This document shows, piece by piece, positions 1 through 9,690 of a stretch of DNA of 64,000 nucleotides. Source of the stretch: Chrysomallon squamiferum. Its lineage: Eukaryota; Animalia; Mollusca. Where the stretch lies: positions 13,578,001 through 13,642,000 of the forward strand of contig CM022672.1 of NCBI GenBank assembly GCA_012295275.1, in the 5' to 3' direction. A program made the translations under genes and the position numbers. A model generated the notes under the pieces. The model was not told where the DNA came from and did not search any database. It saw only the letters and a program-made list of their open reading frames with translations. Each line of letters begins with the position of its first letter. Positions within the stretch are counted from its first letter, which is position 1.

Positions 1-318
1 AAAGATTTCTAAAAGTAAGAACTGTTCATACAGTATATAATAGTTCTTTTTAATTTCGTATTAATTTAGCTTTCATGAACCGATTTTTAAAAAAAATTAT
101 TGTATATACTTTTAATTTTTTGTAAGAATAAATATAATTTGTATTTGGAAAATGTTGAAGGTAGTTGTATGTAATTACAATAATATTAATAATAATAATA
201 AAAACAACACAACAAATAATATTAGTAATAATAATAACAGTAACAATAACTATAATAATAATAATAACAAGAATAACAATAAATAAATAAATAAATAAAT
301 TACTGTTTTTCATTGCAG

Positions 319-351
319 AAAGTTACACATTTGTGAAGACTTTTGAAGTTG
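319..351 (+). CDS. Putative 33-nt phase 1-1 micro-exon of the beta-like gene (xSYTFVKTFEV)
   Basis: Acceptor tttttcattgcag, donor G|gtaagt, open frame and phase match the exon at 807. Confidence 0.6.
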
Positions 352-1829
352 GTAAGTTCAGAATTAAAATTAATCATCAGACTGTTATCTTTTCCAGAAT
401 ATTAAATATATAATTTGTATGTGTGTATGTGCCTGTGTTTAAATATACACATTAATTTAAAAGCAAGATTAAACAGAGACAGATAGTGAGAGAGAAAAAG
501 AGAGAGAGATGAGAAAACAACAACAACAAAAATGAGATAATGTGTGAGAGAGACAGATTTATAGAGGAAAGAGAGAAAACAAAGACTGAAAGAGAGAGAA
601 TATGAGAGACAGATAGATAGAAAAAGATAGAGAGAGAGACAGAGACACAGAGGGAGAACAAGAAAGACTGAAAGAATGTGAGAGAAAGCAGACACAGAGG
701 GCTGGTAATGGTGAGAAATGATTAACTGATTTTAAACAATGCACGTTTTTTAATACAAAGTCAATTTTAATCTGCTCAGTTCTTACTCTGGTTTGTGATG
801 TTGCAGGTAACTTTCCACACTGTGTTTACTGCGGTGAATGTTTTGACAACTGGGCTGGGCAGATTGAAAACATTTACAAAGATCTTGTACAGCTGGATGC
901 AAAAGCTAAAACAATATGGACTCATTACGGTAAGAACGAAATGATTTTGTCCTGTACAGATATTGTTTTTACTGGGTTTAAGGTAACGGGGAAAACTGTT
1001 GTTTGATTTTTTTGTATTCATGGGTATTATTTTTTTGTTGCTGTTGTTGCATTTTTTTTTTTTTTTTTTTTTTTTTTTTGTTTTATTTTGGTTTTATTTT
1101 TGCTATTGTTGTTTATTTATTTATCATTAATTTTATTCATTAATATTGTTAGAAACAGGAATAAAATAAAGTATTATTATTATACACATTATTTACTTAA
1201 TTGTTTTATTATTTTTATTATTATTATTATTATTATTATTGAATTCATTACAAACATTCATACAAGTATTATCAAATTCCTATAAAAGAATTTTATCAAT
1301 TTATTTGTGCAAAATTTCAGAAAACAGCGATGCTATAGCAGTGAAAAGTGATTTGCAACAGATAAAAACAAACATTGCCAATGCTGAGGCAGCCATTGGT
1401 AAAACAGAGAACATCTCAATGACACTGAATCTGCTTCACCTTGACCTTCAGAAGGTCAGAATTATATTTTCTAATTAAATCAGTTTTATTACTGTAATTA
1501 CTTGTTTACATCCTAATTAGATTCTTTATTTGTTAGATGCACTTATTCACATTATATTATTTTAGTTATTTTTAAAATATATATATTTAACAAATATATT
1601 AATTATATAATTTTGGTGTAATGTTAATCAGAAGACTTTTTTTTAAAAATATTTAAGATTTTACTAATTTTATATTTATTATTTATTATAATAATGGTAA
1701 ATCATTAATGTAATATATGTTATTCCAATTTCTTATATCAATCACATTATTATTAAATTTGTTGTTAATTACCACTAAAATCTTTTACATAACAACACCA
1801 AAACCTTTACTTTTATAAATCATTAAACA

Positions 1830-1870
<41 letters not shown>

Positions 1871-4800
1871 CTAATAAAAATAACAACTAATAATTTTTTT
1901 TTAATTTAAATTTAAAATGTTTTTCTAAAATAAAATTGATAAAATTGTTTTTCGGGTTATATTTTTGATTTTGTCTATTATTAAATAATAATAATAACAT
2001 CCAGTAACACATTTTAATATCAATAATTATAATGGTGAACAAAAATAGAAAAAGCAAACATCACTCTACCATTTACATTTAAATTATTTTGTAATTATTT
2101 GTGTATAACACAAAACCTGCAAATTTTCTGAGTATTTTACACTGATTGTATATAAATTTATTTTGAGTCTTTTATGTAACTAAGATTTTGCCGTTGTTGA
2201 ATTTTATCTATTTATCTATTTTTCTTCTTTTTTTTGTCACAGGTTCTTGCTAAGGCTAATGCTTTAGACAAAGAACTTGATCTCCTACAGAAGAACAAGA
2301 TGCAGACGCAAAATGGTTTGAGCAACAGCTCCTCCTTTGTAGGAGTGTTCACTACCAATTCAGGAGTCATTCTGTCACAAACTCAGCTCGTGAATAAAGT
2401 TAATGCTCTCAAAAACGCCATCGAAGTGTCTTACAAATCGGGCAACAGCTCCTGGACAAAAATCAAAAGTTTATCATTTCTGGTCGGGTCGGCAGACGAG
2501 AGCACGAAGCTGTTGAAAAACCGAGTCAACACTGCCATGTTGGTGTTGTCGATGGCCATGACGACGTTCAACTCGGCGAAGACGATTTACGAGCAGACGT
2601 ATTTGAACGGGTTCAAAAACAACGAGGACGCTATAAACATGGGAATGAATGCAGCAGCCAAAGCTACGGAGGAGCTGAACAGAATCAAAACTGTCCTGGC
2701 GAAGATAACGCAGCAGAACAGACAGGCTAATGTAACAATGGCGTCAGTGATGCTGTTGTCGGGTCAGAAGAAGACGCAGGTGGAAGAGGCGTTGAAACAG
2801 AGCATGTATGTGAAGGGAAATGCAACTGTAGCTGCGCGCGCAGCTCAAGAAGCAGAGGCAGCACTGACAGTTTTTAAGGTCAAAATTTTAAACTTAATTA
2901 TTATTTTAAAATGTTTGTTTTTTTTAAAAATAAAATTGATAAAAATGTTTTTAAGGTTAAAATTTTAATTTAATTTATATTTTAAATGATTTTGGTAAAA
3001 TAAAATTGATAAACCTTTTATTTAAATTTATATTTTAAATGATTTTTTAGAATAAAAGAGATAAAATTGTTTTTAAGGTTAAAATTTTAATTTAATTTAT
3101 ATTTTAAATGATTTTGTAGAATAAAATTGATGAAACTGTTTTGCAAGGTTAAAATTTTAATTTGCAAAACAAAATTAATAAAACTGTTTTTAAGGTTAGA
3201 TCTTGTATTTTCTGTAAAACTAAAAGGATAAACTCTCCAACTTTAAATATATCTGTCTATAATGTAAAACTGACAGACAGATTTAGCAAATTAGTTAATG
3301 ATTTAAGATGAAACAAATTAAGGAAGAGTAACTGAGGTAAGGTATAACAGAAGCATGTTAATCTCTGGCTTTTGAAATTACTTATTTCAAACTGCTGTTA
3401 ATATACGAATTGGAATTAAGTCATCTTACAAGGAGTAAAACAAGATTTAAGACAAATCTCTTTATATATATTACCATTCACTTTGATCAGTTGCTATTAT
3501 TATATTAATCCTTTATTATTATTATTATTATCATTATTATTATTAGTAGTAGTAGTGGTAGTGGTAGTAGTAGTAGTAGTTTTTAATTTTGAATTTAAGG
3601 GATGACAGAAAAAATGCTACATTTTACAAAATGTCTATAGCTGAACTGAAGAAACATTTACTGTAAATTATTTATTCTTTTTAATCTTAATTTCTTATCT
3701 TATTTCTTTTCCAAAATGGTTGTTGATGGTGATATTTAAAATCCAATTACCGTTATTATTTCGATACATGTGTATATTTATTTTCAATACATTTACAGAC
3801 CGAAGCAGATAAAGCAAAAAACGATTTAACTTCTGCCTTCAAGAAAGTGATTGAATCTTCAGCGTCATTACAAGAGATTTCTAAACAGATGTCAAACATC
3901 TCCACTCTTGTCAACTCGGTTCTCAACACGCAGTTACGTCCCCTGACGGACATGCAGAAACTTGCAAATGAGATAAAAAACACTCAGGTGTCGAACACTG
4001 GCGTCACGGCAACAAATGAGAAAGCTAAACAAGCCCTGGCAACAGCAAAGAATTCTCTCAATGACACCCAGAAGGCCATGTGAGTATCTGACATTCCATT
4101 TAATTGTTTCCCATTCCAGAAATCCATCATTCTGACCACAGTTTTAACTATTTTTTAGAGGGTCAGGGGCAAAATTATGTTAATATTTTTAAAATTTATA
4201 GGTAGATTGTATAGGTATGTGTTGTCTGTGTGTGGTGTGGTGTAGTGTGGTGTGGTGTGGTATGTGTGTGGTATGGTGTGGTATGTGTGTGGTATGGTGT
4301 GGTGTGGTATGTGTGTGTGGTATGATGTGGTGTGGTGTGGTATGTGTGGTGTGGTGTGGTATGTGTGTGTATGGTGTGGTGTGGTGGGTGTGGTGTGGTG
4401 TGGTGTATGTGTGGTGTGCGTGTGTGTGTATGGTGTGGTGTGTGTGTGTGTGTGGTGTGTGGTGTGGTGTGTGTGTGTGGTGTGTGTGTATGATGTGTGG
4501 TATGTGTGGTGTGTGTGGTGTAGTGTGGTGTGTGTGGTGTGGTGTGTGTGGTGTGGTGTGTATGGTGTGGTGTGGTGTGTGTGGTGTGTATGGTGTGTGT
4601 GGTGTGTAGTGTGGTGTGTATGGTGTGTGTGGTGCGTGTGGTGTGTGTGGTGTGTATGGTGTGGTGTGGTGTGTGTGGTGTGGTGTGTATGGTGTTTGTG
4701 GTGTAGTGTGGTCTAGTGTAGTGTGTATGGTGTGTGTGGTGCGTGTGGTGTGGTGTGGTGTGGTCTAGTGTAGTGTGTATGGTGTGTGGTGTGTATGGTG

Positions 4801-7800
4801 TGTGTGGTGCGTGTGGTGTGGTGTGGTCTAGTGTAGTGTGTATGGTGTGGTGTGTGTGTGTGTGTGGTGTGGTGTGGTGTGGTGTGGTGTGTATGGTGTG
4901 GTGTGGTGTGTGTGTGTGTATATATGGTGTGTGTGGTGTGGTGTGGTCTAGTGTAGTGTGTATGGTGTGTGTGGTGTTTGTGGTGTGTATGGTGTGTGTG
5001 GTGTGTATGGTGTGTGTGGTGTGGTGTGGTCTAGTGTGGTGTGTATGGTGTGGTGTGGTGTTTGTGGTGTGTATGGTGTGTGTGGTGTGTATGGTGCGTG
5101 TGGTGTGGTGTGGTCTAGTGTAGTGTGTATGGTGTGTGTGGTGTGGTGTGGTGTGGTGTAGTGTGTATGTGTGTGGTGTGGTGTGGTGTGGTGTGTGGTG
5201 TGGTGTGGTGTGTATGGTGTGTGTGTGTGTGTGGTGTGGTGTGTATGGTGTGGTGTGTATGGTGTGGTGTGGTGTAGTGTGTATGGTGTGTGTGGTGTGG
5301 TGTATATATGTGTGTATGTGTATGTGTGTGTGTGTGTGTGTGTGGTGTAGTGTGGTGTGTTATTGTGTGGTGTGTGTGTGGTGTGGTGTGGTGTGGTGTG
5401 TGTGGTGTGGTGTGGTGTGGTGTGTGTGTGGTGTGGTGTGTATGGTTTGTATGGTGTGGTGTGTATGGTGTGGTGTGGTGTGGTGTGGTGTGGTGTGGTG
5501 TAGTGTGTGTGGTGTGTATGGTGTGGTGTGGTGTGTGTGTGTGGTGTTGTGTGTATGGTGTGTGTGGTGTGTGGTGTGGTGTGGTATGGTGTGGTGTGTA
5601 TGGTGTGTGTGTGTGTGGTGTGTGTGGTGTGGTGTGTGTGGGTGTGGTGTGTGTGGTGTGTGTGGTGTGGTGTGGTGTGTGGTGTGGTGTGGTGTGTGGT
5701 GTGTGTGGTGTGTGTGTGGTGTGTATGGTGTGGTGTGGTGTGGTGTGTATGGTGTGTGGTGTGGTGTGGTGTGGTGTGGTGGTGTGTGGTGTGTGGTGTG
5801 GTGTAGTGTGGTGTGTGTGTGTGTGTGTGTGGTGTGTGTGTGTGTGTGGTGTGGTGTGGTGTGGTGTAGTGTGTGGTGTGTGTGTGTGTGTGTGTGGTGT
5901 GGTGTGTGTGGTGTGTGTGGTGTGGTGTAGTGTGGTGTGTGTGGTGTGTGTGGTGTGGTGTAGTGTGGTGTGTATGGTGTGGTGTAGTGTGGTGTGTGTG
6001 GTGTTTGTGGTGTGGTCTGTGTGGTGTGTATGGTGTGGTGAGTCTGTGTGGTGTGTATGGTGTGTGTGGTGTGGTGTAGTGTGGTGTGTGTGGTGTGTGT
6101 GGTGTGGTCTGTGTGGTGTGTATGGTGTGGTGTGTGTGTGTGGTGTGGTGTGTATGGTGTGGTGAGTGTGTGTGGTGTGTTAAAAAGATTATTTTCTCTC
6201 ACGATGCAGGGATGACTCACAAAAAGCTCTGGGACAAGTGCAGGGAATTCAGGACAATCTTGTTCAGGCTGAGAAACTCCGATCAGACGCAAAACAACTG
6301 AAACAAGAAGCAGACTCCTTCAACAGTACAATAAACAGTGCAGTCACCAAGGTAACCAGTCTTTGACTCACAGAAGTCTTCTTGTAATAAGATACATGCC
6401 AGAAAATACTTACGACATCACTTCAACTGTTATCATTTATAACTGCTCTAAATAAGAATTATGAGTTTATTATAATAGTTAATAATATACTTGTGTATGG
6501 ATGTGGAGAGGCAGATGTAATAGTTACATCATCTTTCTATGGTTTAGAAATTTGGGTAATATCCCATTCTAACCAGTGGCTCATATACAGTTACACAGAT
6601 ATTGGAATGACAGATAATCTTTGGGTATAAGGGAATGGTGCAGCGTGATTTGTTCCTCATAAAATCATTTTTTACGAAATATGTTACTGTGTGTGTGTCT
6701 GTATGTGTGTATGTGTGTGTGTATATGTCTGTATGATGTTACATGCACATGTGTTTGTATATACTGACACATATAATATTATTATTTTTATTACTATTAC
6801 AGTTATTATCATCATCACAACCATCGTCGTCATCATCATCATCATCAGTATTAATGTATGTTGAACAGTCATTAAAGATGATTTCATGCTGTTTAAAAAT
6901 ATCTTAATAATATTTTCTTATTTAATTTCAGTTACAGACTAAAGTTACTAATGCTAACAATTTATCCATATCAACATCAACTGGGATTGCCTCAGTTATA
7001 TCTACTGTTAGCCAAGTGAAGCAGTGTTTTACTGACAAAGATGCAGCAGCTACAGCAGCAGTCAACGATGCTGATGCAGTGCTAAAAGATGCACAGTCTA
7101 CAACGCAGGTAGTTTTTTTAAAAACAAGTGTAGATTGAGATTGAGAATTTCAGATAAAGAAGGTGCTCCATCATTGTGGTGGAAAAAACCCTTAAGAAGA
7201 AATTGTTTTGTTTGTAAATAAAAATTGTTACAAAAAATTGGTGAGTGCACACTATGATGGAAATAATTTATAAATTGAAGTAAGTCTCAGAAATGATAGA
7301 AATAATAATATAAGTGAATAAGAAATTAACGGTCTAGCTTGCCTCCTGTTTGGAACTGGATATTCTGAATACTGATATCTTCACTGTTTAAATTATCAGA
7401 TGTACCAGGAATGTATAATATAGTAATATAATTATTTCCTATGAAAAACTCAAATTATTATTGAACCAAACGATTCAGTATCTTTTAAAGTTCAAGGCAG
7501 TTAATTTTCAGTTGTGTGTATTTTGCAGTTTATGTGTAATTCAACATATATACAGCTCTAACGATTTGGCCAAACATTTTCTTTTTTAAAATTTTAAACT
7601 CAAAATGTTGTTTTTTTATTTGTTTTTGTTACAGAGTCAAAGTCAGGCAGGAAGCTTGGTAACTCAGGTCAGTGAAGAGATCACTAAAAAGGATTTCAGT
7701 ACTTCACTGAAAAATATTGACAATGCAAACCTGCAGCTGGCTAGTGTCAGCAACCAGTTTAAAACAGTGGAAACAGTGGCAGATTTAGTAGGTCAGTACA

Positions 7801-8666
7801 TACCAGCAAGTTTCTGTGATTGGTGGTTTATATTAAATCAGTTAAGTCATCAAAGAAAAGCTTTGTTGACTTTTGGTACAAATGTTATAGATTTGAAAAC
7901 GGGTAATAGGAGTATCTGTTGTGAAAGAGACTGGGTGAGAATACAGGATTACGTTTATCTAAAATATACTGATATATGTGTGTGTAACCACAAACATAAA
8001 CACATATGTACATGGCTATACACATGGTGCACATTCATATACACACATAGAAACACACTCACAGACATACACACAAACTCACACCTAAACTAATAATACT
8101 TTCCCACTCCTTACTTCTCTCTCTCTCTGTTGTTGTAACAGAACTGCTGCATGAGTACCAGCGACAGCGTGAAAAAAAACATATACACACACACACTGAC
8201 CTACACACTGACTTACACACTCACAAAGACACACACAAACACCTAAACTAATAATATATTCTGCCTCCTTACTTCTCTCTCTCTCTCTCTTGCTGTTATA
8301 ACAGAACTGCTGCATGAATACCAGCATCAACATGAAGAAAACATAAAGAAACACACAAACACACACATTTATACACACCCATACACACAAACTCACACCT
8401 AAACTAATAATATTTACTGATTCCTTACTTCTCTCTCTCTCTCTGGTGTAACAGAACTGCTGCGTGAATACCAGCATCAACATGAAGAAAACATAAAGAA
8501 ACACACAAACACACACACACACACACTTATACACACACATACACACACACCTAACATAATAATATTTACCGATTCCTTACTTCTCTCTCTCTCTGTCTGT
8601 TGTTGCTGTAACAGAACTGCTGTGTGAATACCAGCATCAACATGAAGAAAACAAAGAAACACACAT

Positions 8667-8732
<66 letters not shown>

Positions 8733-9098
8733 ATACACACATGCACACAAACTCACACCTAAACTAATAATATTTACCGATTCCTTACTTATCTCTCTCT
8801 CTGTTGTTGCTGTAACAGAACTCCTGCATGAGTACCAGCGACAGAATAAAAAAAACACACACACACACTGACCTACACACAGACATACACACAAACTCAC
8901 ACCTAAACATATAACATTTTCCCATTCCTTACTTCTCTCTCTCTCTCTGTTGTAACAGAACTGCTGCGAGAGTACCAGCGACAGCGTGAAGAAATGATAA
9001 AACTGCAGAATGAGCTGCAAGTCCAAGAGTCCCAGCTCGACGTCTTACTGCAGTCACTGCAGCTCAGCTCTCAGACCTCAACCTGTGCCACCAACTGA
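319..9098 (+). CDS. Laminin beta-like coiled-coil protein, 5'-partial; 9 exons: 319-351, 807-929, 1321-1454, 2243-2878, 3799-4079, 6210-6351, 6932-7108, 7635-7791, 8959-9098
   Basis: All introns are GT-AG and phases join into one open frame (about 606 aa). The beta-type motif GNFPHCVYCGECFDNW opens the long arm, followed by a heptad-like helix, a beta-type kink (NISTLVNSVLNTQLRPLTDMQKLANEIK) and a C-terminal TSTCATN*. Family assignment is from recalled laminin beta sequences. Confidence 0.8.
807..929 (+). CDS. Beta-like exon, GNFPHCVYCGECFDNWAGQIENIYKDLVQLDAKAKTIWTHY
   Basis: ttgcag acceptor, G|gtaaga donor, laminin-beta C-x2-C-x2-C-F-x2-W motif. Confidence 0.88.
1321..1454 (+). CDS. Beta-like exon, ENSDAIAV...LDLQK
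   Basis: tttcag acceptor, AAG|gtcaga donor, phase 1 to 0. Confidence 0.85.
2243..2878 (+). CDS. Beta-like exon, 212 aa Cys-free coiled coil, VLAKANALDK...LTVFK
   Basis: Long pyrimidine tract then cacag, AAG|gtcaaa donor, raised GC, within ORF 2234..2968. Confidence 0.9.
2871..3200 (+). repeat. Degenerate 50-75 bp tandem repeat starting at the exon donor (ttttaag|gtyaaaatttt...taaaattgata)
   Basis: About 5 copies, with GT at 2879, 2956, 3078, 3148 and 3195; a related copy near 1900-1965. Confidence 0.75.
3799..4079 (+). CDS. Beta-like exon, TEADKAK...TQKAM
   Basis: tttacag acceptor, AT|gtgagt donor, phase 0 to 2. Confidence 0.9.
4217..6180 (+). repeat. About 2 kb (GTGTG)n/(GT)n compound satellite in an intron
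   Basis: Directly visible; variants gtatg, gtagt and gtcta. Confidence 0.97.
6210..6351 (+). CDS. Beta-like exon, DDSQKALG...SAVTK
   Basis: tgcag acceptor, AAG|gtaacc donor, phase 2 to 0. Confidence 0.87.
6932..7108 (+). CDS. Beta-like exon, LQTKVTN...QSTTQ
   Basis: tttcag acceptor (in-frame alternative AG at 6937), CAG|gtagtt donor. Confidence 0.85.
7635..7791 (+). CDS. Beta-like exon, SQSQAGS...VADLV
   Basis: ttacag acceptor, G|gtcagt donor, phase 0 to 1. Confidence 0.85.
8070..8992 (+). repeat. Six 140-204 bp tandem units, each carrying the terminal-exon acceptor and the first ~35 nt of the exon
   Basis: ccttactt(ct)n...taacag|aactgctgc... with AG ending at 8141, 8304, 8454, 8614, 8818 and 8958. 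Confidence 0.93.
8959..9098 (+). CDS. Beta-like terminal coding exon, ELLREYQRQREEM...QTSTCATN*
   Basis: taacag acceptor in phase 1, TGA at 9096-9098, resembles the laminin beta C-terminus with a near-terminal Cys. Confidence 0.85.
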
Positions 9099-9159
9099 GT
9101 TAGAACGGGAAACAACATAACACTCTCAGTGCAGAGAAGCCGATATCATCTTTGATATG

Positions 9160-9690
9160 TAAAACAGATCAATTCATAAATGAAGTTCCTTGATTCATTG
9201 ACATGAAGTGGGTTGATAAGTTGAAGTGAGGTAGACTGACTTATTCACATCAAGTTTTTTTTTGTTGTATTATTTATTACTACGAAGTTGATTGATTCAT
9301 TAATGTGAAGTCAGTTGATTTGCTAATGTGAATTTAACTGATTCGTTGAAATGAAGTAGATTTTTTAATGTAAAGACGATTGATTCATTGACGTAAGATA
9401 GATTGATTCACTGACATGAGGTAAATTGATTTATTCACATAAAATTGTTTGATTGATTATTGTGAAGTTAATTGATTCACTGATATGAAGCAGATTGATT
9501 CATTAATGTGAGGTCGATTGATTCACTGATAAAAAAGTTAACCGATTCATTGGTTTGAAGTAGACTGATTTTTTTTTAATGTAAAGTTGATTGATTCATT
9601 AAAGTAGGTTGTTCCTATGATGTGAAGTAGATTGATTCACTGACGTGAAGTTGATCGATTCACTGAAGTGAAGTAGGTTGATTCAGTGCT
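9160..9690 (+). repeat. Degenerate ~22-24 bp minisatellite (gattgattcactgatgtgaagta-like) just after the stop codon
   Basis: Roughly 20 recognisable units. Confidence 0.85.

Noticed and set aside
4217-6180. Telomere or interstitial telomeric repeat
   Set aside because: No TTAGGG or TTAGG units; the resemblance to yeast TG1-3 is only compositional.
4217-6292. Long Val/Trp/Cys/Gly and His/Thr/Pro ORFs
   Set aside because: Translations of the (GTGTG)n satellite, which has few stop codons; it lies inside a phase-consistent intron.
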